A stretch of 64,000 nucleotides of DNA from Gemmatimonadaceae bacterium. GTDB lineage: Bacteria; Gemmatimonadota; Gemmatimonadetes; Gemmatimonadales; Gemmatimonadaceae. The stretch covers positions 52,487-116,486 of the forward strand of contig DATNEW010000035.1 in the NCBI GenBank assembly GCA_035606695.1, written 5' to 3'. The notes under the pieces are model-generated. The model worked only from the letters and a program-made list of their open reading frames with translations. It was not told where the DNA came from and ran no database searches. Made by a program: the position numbers and the translations under genes. Position 1 is the stretch's first letter; each line of letters opens with the position of its first letter. Shown here in pieces: positions 29,368 through 38,848 of this stretch.

Positions 29368-29384
29368 AGCTTCTCGCTACCGCG

Positions 29385-29936
29385 CTACGCACCTTCGCTC
29401 GACATGCCGCCGAGAGAGTTTTCGCCGGCGCGAACGATGGTCGCCACCGCCATGCACGCGATCCCCTCGGCACGTCCGATCCAGCCCATCCCCTCGTTCG
29501 TCTTGCCCTTCACGCTGACGTCTTCGACGCCCACGCCGAGCACAGCCGCCAGGCGCGCCTTCATCGGCTCGCGATGCTCCGCGATCCGCGGCTTCTCGGC
29601 CACGATCGTCACGTCCACCTGCTGCACGCGCCAACCGGCTCCGGCGAGTCGCGCGACCGCGGCTGCCAGCATCTCGATCGAATCCTTGCCTTTGTTCGCC
29701 GGATCGCGATCGGAGAACATCTCACCGATGTCGCCCATCGCCGCCGCGCCGAGGATCGCGTCGGTGAGCGCGTGCGCGACGGCGTCGCCGTCCGAATGCC
29801 CCTCGAGATGCACGTCGCTCGGAATGGGAACGCCGCCGAGGATCAATGGTCCCGGCGGCGCGAAACGATGGGAGTCGTAGCCGATGCCCGTGCGCGATGG
29901 GCGATGGGCGATGGCAGTTGGGCGTGAGTCGATCAC
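29385..29936 (-). CDS. ispF: 2-C-methyl-D-erythritol 2,4-cyclodiphosphate synthase
   Basis: GIGYDSHRF and GHSDGDAVAHAL motifs. The only in-frame start is GTG 29936 (GTGA overlap with the mqnC stop), so the first ~15 codons are encoded by the 7-nt repeat. Confidence 0.88.
   Translation of the reverse strand: MIDSRPTAIAHRPSRTGIGYDSHRFAPPGPLILGGVPIPSDVHLEGHSDGDAVAHALTDAILGAAAMGDIGEMFSDRDPANKGKDSIEMLAAAVARLAGAGWRVQQVDVTIVAEKPRIAEHREPMKARLAAVLGVGVEDVSVKGKTNEGMGWIGRAEGIACMAVATIVRAGENSLGGMSSEGA
29894..29925. repeat. 7-nt G-tract repeat (GCGATGG x3 plus degenerate units) inside the ispF 5' end
   Basis: Read directly: GCGATGGGCGATGGGCGATGGCAGTTGGGCG. Confidence 0.8.
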
Positions 29937-30991
29937 GCGGCGACAGTGTCTCTTGGTGGGGCAACGCTTTCCGGCAAGATCGTGTAATCCTGGCGGCGGC
30001 GCGCGACCTTGAAACCGGCGTCGGTGATCAGCCGCTCGATCTCCGCCGTCGTCGTGCGGTGCGTCGTGTTCGCCGCCGAGACGACGTTCTCCTCGATCAT
30101 GAGCGAGCCGAAATCGTTGCAGCCGAACCGCAGGGCGGTCTGGCCGACCTTCATGCCCATCGTCACCCAGCTCGCCTGCAGGTTCGGCACGTTGTCGAGC
30201 ACGATCCGCGAGATCGCGACGGTGCGCAGATACTCGACGGCGTCGGTCTTCTGCATGTGCGACATGGTCGGCGTGTTCTCGGGCTGCAGCGGCCAGCAGA
30301 TGAACGCGGTGAAGCCGTTGGTGCGCGCCTGCACCTCGCGCACGCGCTCGAGATGCTCGATCCGCTCGGCGAGGGTTTCGCCGATACCGTACATCATCGT
30401 GACCGAGGTCTTCATTCCTTCGTTGTGCGCGAGCTCCATGATCTCGAGCCAGCGGTCGGCACCGGCCTTCTTTTTTGCCACCTGGTCGCGCACGCGCTGC
30501 ACGAGGATCTCGCCGCCGCCGCCGGGGATCGAGTCGAGGCCGGCCTTTACCAGTTCTCTAATGACCTCGACCGCGTCCATCCGGAACGTCTTGGCGAAGA
30601 AGTCGACTTCGCTCGGGCTGAAGCCGTGGATGTGAATGGGATGGTACGTCTTGATGTACCGCAGGAGGTCGAGATACCACTCGAACGGGATGTAGGGGTT
30701 GTGGCCGCCCTGCATCAATATTTGAATGGCGCCGAGCTGCTTGGCTTCGTCGATCTTGGCGCCGATCTGCTCGTACGAGAGCGTCCAGCCTTCGGCGTGT
30801 TTGGGCCGGCGATAGAACGCGCAGAACCCGCAGTCGGCGACGCAGACGTTGGTGTAGTTGATGTTGCGGTCGACGATGTACGTGACCGTGTCGTGCGGAT
30901 GCTTCTCGCGGCGCACGCGGTCGGCCTCGGCGCCGAGCTCCAGGAGCGACGCGTTGGTGTAGAAGTCGAGGAGGTCTTTGTATTGCAGCAT
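29933..30991 (-). CDS. mqnC: Cyclic dehypoxanthinyl futalosine synthase (radical SAM, MqnC-like)
   Basis: Trimmed to ATG 30991 (MLQYKDLL; ATG 30997 also possible). Contains NINYTNVCVADCGFCAFYR (CxxxCxxC). The longer ORF to 31255 only reads through the palindromic repeat. Confidence 0.8.
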   Translation of the reverse strand: MLQYKDLLDFYTNASLLELGAEADRVRREKHPHDTVTYIVDRNINYTNVCVADCGFCAFYRRPKHAEGWTLSYEQIGAKIDEAKQLGAIQILMQGGHNPYIPFEWYLDLLRYIKTYHPIHIHGFSPSEVDFFAKTFRMDAVEVIRELVKAGLDSIPGGGGEILVQRVRDQVAKKKAGADRWLEIMELAHNEGMKTSVTMMYGIGETLAERIEHLERVREVQARTNGFTAFICWPLQPENTPTMSHMQKTDAVEYLRTVAISRIVLDNVPNLQASWVTMGMKVGQTALRFGCNDFGSLMIEENVVSAANTTHRTTTAEIERLITDAGFKVARRRQDYTILPESVAPPRDTVAA

Positions 30992-30992
30992 T

Positions 30993-31091
30993 GTCATTCC
31001 GAGCGAAGCGAGGAATCTGGCATCACGATAGAGCGACTGGTTTATCCGACGGGAGAGAAGATTCCTCGTTCGCTTCGCTCTCTCGGAATGA
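30993..31091. repeat. Imperfect palindromic element of about 100 bp (arms GTCATTCCGAGCGAAGCGAGGAATCT / AGATTCCTCGTTCGCTTCGCTCTCTCGGAATGAC)
   Basis: Both arms read directly. It exactly fills the mqnA-mqnC intergenic gap. A second copy lies at 39527-39626. Confidence 0.85.
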
Positions 31092-31094
31092 CAA

Positions 31095-31958
31095 CTACGC
31101 TGCCGGAAGAAACGCCAGCGACCCGTTCGGCACCTTCCCCGCCGCCACGAGCCGCCTGAAGAATTCGGTGAGTCCCGCAAGATGCTGATACGACAGGCCG
31201 TAATCCAAACCTGACAGATATTCGAGACACACGGTCTTGTGCACGCCCGTCGCAAGCGCCGCCTGCGCGGCCAGCGTCTCGAGGTGCTGCAAGCCCCAAT
31301 TGCGCGATTCGATCAAATTCGCGTGCACCGCGAGCGCCTGATCGACCGGCGTCGTGCGCTGCGCGACCCACACCGCGAACACGAACGGCAGCCCGGTCCA
31401 TCGCTTCCACTCGGCGCCAAGATCGTAGGCGTAACGGTATTGCGTGAGCATCTCGCCTTCGGGGTACAGCTCCGGCTCGCGCAAGCGCGACCAGAGGTGC
31501 AGCGCCGCGTCGCCGATGACGAGCCGCGCGTCATGATCGTCGTCGCCGAAGCGCGCGACATCGGTGAGCTCGGCGTCGGCGGGAATGAATGCCGGACGCG
31601 CATCCCACACGTGCTCGAACAGGAGCTCGAGCAGCGCGACGCTCGTCATCGAGCTGCGGCTGACCAGCACGCGACGCCCCTGCAATTCCGACGCGGGACG
31701 CTTGGCGAACAGCACGACGCTGCGGACCGGCCCGTCGCTGCAGATCGAGAGATCGGGCAGCAGCAGGTATTTAGTAGCATCTCGTGCATATTCCACGGCC
31801 GACACGACGCTGACGTCCAGCGCGCCGTCCGCCATCTGGCGGTTGAGCGCCGTGGGCACCCCGTCGATCAGCTCCGCGTGCACGGGCACGATTCCGCGAT
31901 CGATCGCCCCGTAGACCGGGTAGCAGTTGATGTACGGGATGCGGCCGACGCGGATCAT
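31095..31958 (-). CDS. mqnA: Menaquinone biosynthesis protein, MqnA/MqnD family (chorismate dehydratase-like)
   Basis: MIRVGRIPYINCYPVY N-terminus and a periplasmic-binding-protein-like fold signature. Located between two Mqn radical SAM genes, with an ATGA overlap with the mqnE stop. Confidence 0.7.
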   Translation of the reverse strand: MIRVGRIPYINCYPVYGAIDRGIVPVHAELIDGVPTALNRQMADGALDVSVVSAVEYARDATKYLLLPDLSICSDGPVRSVVLFAKRPASELQGRRVLVSRSSMTSVALLELLFEHVWDARPAFIPADAELTDVARFGDDDHDARLVIGDAALHLWSRLREPELYPEGEMLTQYRYAYDLGAEWKRWTGLPFVFAVWVAQRTTPVDQALAVHANLIESRNWGLQHLETLAAQAALATGVHKTVCLEYLSGLDYGLSYQHLAGLTEFFRRLVAAGKVPNGSLAFLPAA

Positions 31959-33148
31959 GCGGCCGCGATGGGCGTTGGGCGTTGGGCGATGGGCGTGACC
32001 GCATCGTCGAACGTCCGGATGATGTTGTAGAACGAGTCGCGTTCGGCGGGTACGCGGCGCGCGCCGCGAATCAGCTTGAGGATGGCGTCGAGCGTCATCG
32101 CCTGCGCGGTGTGTGCGCCCGCCTCGTGATAGATCTTTTCACGCACGACCGTGCCCTCGAGATCGTTCACGCCGAACGACAATCCGACTTGCGACATCGC
32201 CGTCGTCACCATGATCCAGTGCGACTTGATGTGCTGGAAGTTGTCGAGGAACAGGCGGCCGACGGCGAGATTCTTGAGATCGTCGAAGCCCGTCGTGGCG
32301 GTACCCGTGCGATGCAGTGTCTCGCCCAACTCGTTGTTGTCGGGATGATACGCGAGCGGGATGTACGCCAGGTAGCCACCCGTTTCATCTTGCAGATCGC
32401 GCAGCATCTGCAAGTGATTCATGCGGTCGCTGTAGGTCTCGACGTGGCCGTACAGCATCGTGCAGTTCGTGCGAATACCCAGCTGGTGGGCGTCGCGATG
32501 CACGTTGATGTACTCCTCGCCAGATAATTTCTTGTCTGCGATCGTCGCGCGCACGCCCGGGCTGAACACCTCGGCGCCGCCGCCCGGCATCGTATCGAGC
32601 CCGGCTTCGCGCAGCGCGATGAGCGTATCGCGCACGCTCATCTTCTGGATGCGCGCGATGTGCGCGACTTCGACGGCGGTGAGCGCCTTGATGTGTACGT
32701 GCGGGAACCGCTCCTTCAACCCGCGGAACATTTCCTGGTAGTAGGCCAGCCCGGCCTTCATATCCAGCCCGCCGACGATGTGGAACTCGCGCGTCAGCGT
32801 GCTGTTCGAGGTCGCCGCTTCTTCCCACACCTGGTCCATCGTGTAGCGGTAGGCGCCTTCTTCCTTCGGCAATCGCGCGTAGGAACAGAACACGCACGTC
32901 TTGCGGAGGATGCAGACGTTCGTGGGATTGATGTGATGATTCGCCGCGAACGTGACGAGATAGCCGTTCTGCGCGCGGTTCACCGCGTCAGCCATGTGGC
33001 CCAAGCCGACAATGTCGCCGCTCTCGAACAGCGCGACGCCATCGGCTTGCGACAGGCGTTCCCCACGCTCGACTTTGTCCGCAATGGGGCCGAGCGCCGG
33101 ATCGCTGATCAGCGCACGGTCGAGCGGCACGGCAGCCAGAGGAGACAC
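31955..33148 (-). CDS. mqnE: Aminofutalosine synthase-like radical SAM enzyme (MqnE-like)
   Basis: IADKVERGERLSQADGVALFESGDI N-terminus, HINPTNVCILRKTCVFCSY cluster region, 397 aa. The last ~14 codons (VTPIAQRPTPIAAA) are encoded by the 7-nt repeat. Confidence 0.72.
   Translation of the reverse strand: MSPLAAVPLDRALISDPALGPIADKVERGERLSQADGVALFESGDIVGLGHMADAVNRAQNGYLVTFAANHHINPTNVCILRKTCVFCSYARLPKEEGAYRYTMDQVWEEAATSNSTLTREFHIVGGLDMKAGLAYYQEMFRGLKERFPHVHIKALTAVEVAHIARIQKMSVRDTLIALREAGLDTMPGGGAEVFSPGVRATIADKKLSGEEYINVHRDAHQLGIRTNCTMLYGHVETYSDRMNHLQMLRDLQDETGGYLAYIPLAYHPDNNELGETLHRTGTATTGFDDLKNLAVGRLFLDNFQHIKSHWIMVTTAMSQVGLSFGVNDLEGTVVREKIYHEAGAHTAQAMTLDAILKLIRGARRVPAERDSFYNIIRTFDDAVTPIAQRPTPIAAA
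31965..31999. repeat. 7-nt G-tract tandem repeat, 5 units (GCGATGG GCGTTGG GCGTTGG GCGATGG GCGTGAC), in the mqnE 3' end
   Basis: Read directly; four GGG tracts with 4-nt spacers on the plus strand. Confidence 0.85.
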
Positions 33149-33152
33149 GGTC

Positions 33153-34397
<1,245 letters not shown>

Positions 34398-34400
34398 CCG

Positions 34401-34512
34401 TGGTTCCTCACTTCGGCGCTTCGCACCTGCGCTCGGAATTCCGCCGGTCGGGTCATGTGGTTCCTCACTTCGGCGCTTCGCACCTGCGCTCGGAATTCCG
34501 CCGGTCGCGTGA
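34401..34512. repeat. Two tandem 56-bp copies of the REP-like element (reverse orientation on the plus strand) filling the acpP-fabF gap
   Basis: GTGGTTCCTCACTTCGGCGCTTCGCACCTGCGCTCGGAATTCCGCCGGTCG occurs at 34401 and again at 34457. Confidence 0.9.
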
Positions 34513-34758
34513 TCACGCGTTGCTCCCAACCTTGGTATTGAGATACCCGATCGCGTCGCCGACCGTGCGGAGCTTTTCGGCATCCTCGTCGGGGATGTCG
34601 ATGTTGAACTCCTTCTCGAACTCCATGACCAGCTCGACGATGTCGAGGCTGTCCGCGCCGAGGTCCTCGATGAAGCTGGCCTCGTCGGTAAGCTTCTCGC
34701 GCTCCACCCCGAGTTCTTTCTCGATGATGTCGCGGACCTTCTGAGCGTTGTCGGCCAT
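34513..34758 (-). CDS. acpP: Acyl carrier protein
   Basis: Trimmed to ATG 34758; 81 aa; phosphopantetheine site [13 protein letters not shown]. Confidence 0.96.
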   Translation of the reverse strand: MADNAQKVRDIIEKELGVEREKLTDEASFIEDLGADSLDIVELVMEFEKEFNIDIPDEDAEKLRTVGDAIGYLNTKVGSNA

Positions 34759-34810
34759 TGGAATTGGTCCTCTCTTCTGATGGGTTGTTAGCTGCGTAAA
34801 TCTAGCGAGT

Positions 34811-34908
34811 GGGCGTCGGGGCGTCGGGGCGTCGAGGCGTCTGGGCGGCGCTGAGTGAGAGAGCGCTCTTTCGCCCCGACGCCCATACGCCCCGACGCCC
34901 ATGCGCCC
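34811..34908. repeat. Inverted pair of G-tract (34811-34850) and C-tract (34872-34908) 8-nt repeat arrays around a short palindromic loop
   Basis: GGGCGTCGGGGCGTCGGGGCGTCGAGGCGTCTGGGCGGCG ... CGCCCCGACGCCCATACGCCCCGACGCCCATGCGCCC. The C arm abuts the fabG stop. Confidence 0.85.
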
Positions 34909-35646
34909 TCACATCACCATCCCGCCATCCACGACAAAGACCTGCCCCGTGATATAGCTCGCCTCGTCGGACGCCAGGAACGCCACCAGCGACGCGATGT
35001 CGCTCGGTTTCCCCAACCGTTCGAGCGGGATTTGCGTGAACAGCGTCTTCTTCGCGTCCTCCGTCATCGCCGCGGTCATGTCGGTCTCGATGAACCCCGG
35101 AGCGACCACGTTCGCGAGAATGTTGCGCGAGGCGAGCTCCTTGGCCACCGACTTGGTGAGACCGATCAGTCCCGCCTTGCTCGCCGCATAGTTCGCCTGC
35201 CCCTTGTTGCCGACGACGCCGACCACGCTCGCGATATTGATGATCCGTCCCCACCGCTTCTTCATCATGCCTCGCGACACCGAGCGCATCGCGACGAAGG
35301 CGCCGCGCAGGTTGGCGTCGATCACCGCGTCCCAGTCGTCGTCCTTCATGCGCATCATGAGATTGTCGCGCGTGAGACCGGCGTTGTTCACCAGAATGTC
35401 GACGCCGCCCATCGCCTTATCGACCGCGTCGACCAACGCGGTGACCGACGCGATGTCGCCCACGTCGCACGCGAACCCGCGCGCCTCGGGCGAAATCGCG
35501 CCCGCCGCTTCCCTGGCGCGCGCCTCGTCGCGACCGACCACGGCCACACGCGCGCCGGCGCGCGCCAGTGTTTCGGCGATCGCTCGTCCAATGCCGCGCG
35601 TGCTGCCGGTCACGAGCGCCGTGCGCCCGCTCAAGTCGATCTTCAT
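34909..35646 (-). CDS. fabG: 3-oxoacyl-ACP reductase
   Basis: SDR motifs TGSTRGIGRAIA and YAASKAG; 245 aa; fab cluster context. Confidence 0.92.
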   Translation of the reverse strand: MKIDLSGRTALVTGSTRGIGRAIAETLARAGARVAVVGRDEARAREAAGAISPEARGFACDVGDIASVTALVDAVDKAMGGVDILVNNAGLTRDNLMMRMKDDDWDAVIDANLRGAFVAMRSVSRGMMKKRWGRIINIASVVGVVGNKGQANYAASKAGLIGLTKSVAKELASRNILANVVAPGFIETDMTAAMTEDAKKTLFTQIPLERLGKPSDIASLVAFLASDEASYITGQVFVVDGGMVM

Positions 35647-35651
35647 GTCGA

Positions 35652-36602
35652 TCAGTGGGTTGGCGCCGCGACGAGCTCGCGGATCTGCTGCACTTCCGCT
35701 GCCGTCCCGCAGGTGGCCGTCTTCACCGACGGCGCAATTTTTTTCACGAGTCCCGTGAGCACGCTGCCGGGGCCCATCTCGACATAGAGGGCGTCGGGAT
35801 GACGGGCTGCCAGGGCGCGCACCTCATCCGTCCAACGCACGGGCTTGGACAGTTGCTCGAGCAGCAGCTGCTTGCCGCGCGACGCCGTTGTTACAGCTTC
35901 GGCATTCACGTTCGCATATACGGCGAAGTGCGGATCGTCGAACGACGCTTCATCGAGGGCGCTCGCGAGACCCGGGGCGGCTGATTCCATCAACGGCGAA
36001 TGAAACGCGCCGCTCACGTTCAGGCGGATCGCGCGCTTCGCCCCGGCTTCCTTCGCCAGCGCCATCGCGCGTTCGACGCCGGATTCCTCGCCGCTGATCA
36101 CGAGCTGCCCGGGACAGTTGTAATTCGCGGGAACGACGAGCCCGGCATCGCGCGACGCGTCCGCGCAGATCTCTTCGATCGGGCGATTCGTGTCGCCGAG
36201 GAGCGCGGCCATGGCGCCCGGGCGTTTGACGCCGCTCTCGTACATCAGCTCGCCGCGGCGGCGAACGACGCGCACCGCATCCTCGAGGCCGAGTGATTCC
36301 GCCGCATGATACGCCGTGAATTCGCCAAGCGAGTGACCCGCCGCGGCGACGACGTTTGCGCCGATCACGTCACGCGTCGCCGCCCACGCCGCGGCGCCGT
36401 GCGCGAGGAGCGCAGGCTGGGCGTTGTGCGTGAGCGTCAACTCGTCAGCTGGTCCCTCGAAGCAGAGCGTGCTGAGTGAAACGCCCAAGGCATCGTCGGC
36501 GCGCTGAAAGACGTCGCGCGCCGCGAAGAACGCTTCCGCCAGGTCCTTGCCCATGCCTGGTTTCTGCGATCCCTGGCCCGGGAAGAGCAGCACGATATCC
36601 AT
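35652..36602 (-). CDS. fabD: Malonyl CoA-ACP transacylase
   Basis: Trimmed to ATG 36602 (MDIVLLFPGQGSQKPGMG); active site GHSLGE. Confidence 0.93.
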   Translation of the reverse strand: MDIVLLFPGQGSQKPGMGKDLAEAFFAARDVFQRADDALGVSLSTLCFEGPADELTLTHNAQPALLAHGAAAWAATRDVIGANVVAAAGHSLGEFTAYHAAESLGLEDAVRVVRRRGELMYESGVKRPGAMAALLGDTNRPIEEICADASRDAGLVVPANYNCPGQLVISGEESGVERAMALAKEAGAKRAIRLNVSGAFHSPLMESAAPGLASALDEASFDDPHFAVYANVNAEAVTTASRGKQLLLEQLSKPVRWTDEVRALAARHPDALYVEMGPGSVLTGLVKKIAPSVKTATCGTAAEVQQIRELVAAPTH

Positions 36603-36613
36603 GCTCGCTCCGC

Positions 36614-37600
36614 TCACAGCCGAACCACCATCGAGCCCCACGTGAAGCCCGCACCGAACGCGACGAGCAGCACGGTCGATCCTTCCTTGATCACACCCTT
36701 TTCGATGGCCTCGTCGAGCGCGATCGGCACCGACGCCGCCGACGTGTTGCCGTAGCGGTCCACGTTCACGTAGACCTTGTCCATCGAGATGTTGGCGTGC
36801 TTCGCGGTTGCCTCGATGATGCGGATGTTCGCCTGATGCGGAATCATCAAGTCGATGTCGGCGCTCGTGAGCTTGGCGGCATCGAGCGCACGCGTTGCCG
36901 CCTCCGACATCGAGCGAACGGCGTTCTTGAACGTTTCGCGGCCGTTCATCTTGATGTACATCGACCGCTCGTCGAGCACCTGCTGCGAGAACGGATGCCG
37001 CGCGCCGCCGGACGGCCGGCACAAGAGATCGCCCAGGCTGCCGTCGCTGCGCACGAACGTCGAGAGGATGCCGCGCTGCTGCTTCGATCGCTTGAGCACG
37101 GCGGCACCCGCCCCGTCGCCAAAAAGCACGCACGTCGAGCGGTCGGTCCAATCGGTGATGGCGCTCAACTTCTCGACGCCGATGATGAGCGCGGTGTCCG
37201 CGTTCCCCGTCGCCATCATGCCCTCGGCGACGGTCGCGGCGTAGATGAACCCCGAGCACGCCGCGCCGATGTCGAACGCCGCCGCGCGGCTGGCGCCGAG
37301 CGCGGCTTGCAGGTCCACGGCGGCGGACGGCAGCAGCCGGTCGGGCGACGCCGTGCCGAGCACGATGATGTCGAGCTCTCCGGGATGCACGCCGGCCTTG
37401 TCCATCGCGGCGCGGGCCGCCATCGCCGCGAGGTCGGTCGCCGACTCCGTCTTCGCGATGTGCCGCTGCTTGATCCCCGTGCGCTCGATGATCCACTCGT
37501 CCGTGGTCTCGATGCCGATCGACGCGAAATCACTATTCTTGAATACCGTGCTGGGAACGCCCCGCCCGGTTCCGGCGAAATACGCGATGGGCCGCTTCAT
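36614..37600 (-). CDS. fabH: Beta-ketoacyl-ACP synthase III
   Basis: Trimmed to ATG 37600. Contains ACSGF (catalytic Cys), PHQAN and FGAGFTWG motifs. ATGA-type overlap with the plsX stop. Confidence 0.93.
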   Translation of the reverse strand: MKRPIAYFAGTGRGVPSTVFKNSDFASIGIETTDEWIIERTGIKQRHIAKTESATDLAAMAARAAMDKAGVHPGELDIIVLGTASPDRLLPSAAVDLQAALGASRAAAFDIGAACSGFIYAATVAEGMMATGNADTALIIGVEKLSAITDWTDRSTCVLFGDGAGAAVLKRSKQQRGILSTFVRSDGSLGDLLCRPSGGARHPFSQQVLDERSMYIKMNGRETFKNAVRSMSEAATRALDAAKLTSADIDLMIPHQANIRIIEATAKHANISMDKVYVNVDRYGNTSAASVPIALDEAIEKGVIKEGSTVLLVAFGAGFTWGSMVVRL

Positions 37601-38616
37601 GCCTGGCCGACTCCGTCCTGCAGGCGACGGCCGATGTGCTCGTCCATCTTCGAGTCGAGCGCCCGGACCGCCACCTTGATGGCGTTCTTGATCGCGCGCG
37701 GACTGGATTTGCCGTGCGAGATGATACTCACGCCGTTCACGCCGAGCAGCGGCGCGCCGCCATGCTCGGAGTAGTCGAGGTCCTTGAGCGCGCCCATCAT
37801 CGTTTGCTGATCGAGGCCCGCTTTCGCGAGCAGCCCGATGATCATCGGGCCGATGCCTTCGTAGAACTTGAGCACGACGTTGCCGACGAATCCGTCGCAC
37901 ACGACGACGTCGATCGGGCCGTGATCGCACGCGCCTTTGGGCAAGTCGCGCCCCTCGACGTTGCCGAGGAAGTTGAGACCCGCCAACTGGAGGAGCTGAT
38001 GCGCTTCTTTCGTGGCGGCGTTCCCTTTCTCGGGCTCTTCACCGATGCTCAGTAACCCAACCGTTGGGTTCTGTCGTCCCAGGATGTCCTCGGCGTAGAC
38101 GACACCGAGGCGCGCGAACTGGACCAACTCGTCGGCGCCGCAGTCGACGTTGGCGCCGGAGTCGAGGACGACGACGGGCACGCGCGCCGTCGGAAAGACG
38201 GTGGCGATGGCGGGCCGCTTGAGTCCCGCGTGAAGTCTGAGCACGACCATCGACGCCGCCATCTGCGCGCCGGTCGAGCCGGCGGAGACGAACGCGTCGG
38301 ATTTGCCGTCGGCCTGCAGCTTGAGGCCGACGATCATGGAGCTGTTGGGCTTTCCGCGCATCGCCGCGCTCGGGCGGTCCGTCATCTCGATGACGTCGGG
38401 TGCTTCGATGATTTCAATGCGGTCGCGCTGCCCGCGCACCGCGTGGTGCTCGGGCGTCGCGAGCAGGGTCTCGAGCTGTTGGCTGACGACCGCGGTGCGT
38501 CCGACGAGCTGGATCGAGTGCGCTGGATCCAGCTCACTCAGAGCGAGCAACGCACCGGCAACGGTCGCCTGGGGTGCGAAATCGCCCCCCATGGCGTCCA
38601 ACGCGATGCGCGCCAA
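37597..38616 (-). CDS. plsX: Phosphate acyltransferase PlsX
   Basis: TTG 38616, one nt after the rpmF stop, gives M-ARIALDAMGGDFAP, the canonical PlsX N-terminus. An alternative ATG lies at 38592. Confidence 0.85.
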   Translation of the reverse strand: MARIALDAMGGDFAPQATVAGALLALSELDPAHSIQLVGRTAVVSQQLETLLATPEHHAVRGQRDRIEIIEAPDVIEMTDRPSAAMRGKPNSSMIVGLKLQADGKSDAFVSAGSTGAQMAASMVVLRLHAGLKRPAIATVFPTARVPVVVLDSGANVDCGADELVQFARLGVVYAEDILGRQNPTVGLLSIGEEPEKGNAATKEAHQLLQLAGLNFLGNVEGRDLPKGACDHGPIDVVVCDGFVGNVVLKFYEGIGPMIIGLLAKAGLDQQTMMGALKDLDYSEHGGAPLLGVNGVSIISHGKSSPRAIKNAIKVAVRALDSKMDEHIGRRLQDGVGQA

Positions 38617-38617
38617 C

Positions 38618-38800
38618 CTAGGCTTCCTTGGCTTCGACCCGCTGTTTGCCGGCGTAGAACCCGCAATCCGCGCACACGCGATGCGGACGCTTCGGGGCAC
38701 CACACTTCGGACACTTCTGAATGACGACGGCGGGCGCCTTCTTGTGCGTGTTGCGCGCGCGCTTCTTACGCTTGGAGGTGCGTCGCTTCGGGACGGCCAT
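38618..38800 (-). CDS. rpmF: 50S ribosomal protein L32
   Basis: MAVPKRRTSKRKKRARNTHKK with CPKCG...CADCG zinc-ribbon cysteines; 60 aa. Confidence 0.96.
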   Translation of the reverse strand: MAVPKRRTSKRKKRARNTHKKAPAVVIQKCPKCGAPKRPHRVCADCGFYAGKQRVEAKEA

Positions 38801-38848
38801 GGCGGGAGATGGTAGATGCTAAATGTTGGATGCGAACGCGTTCGCGTG

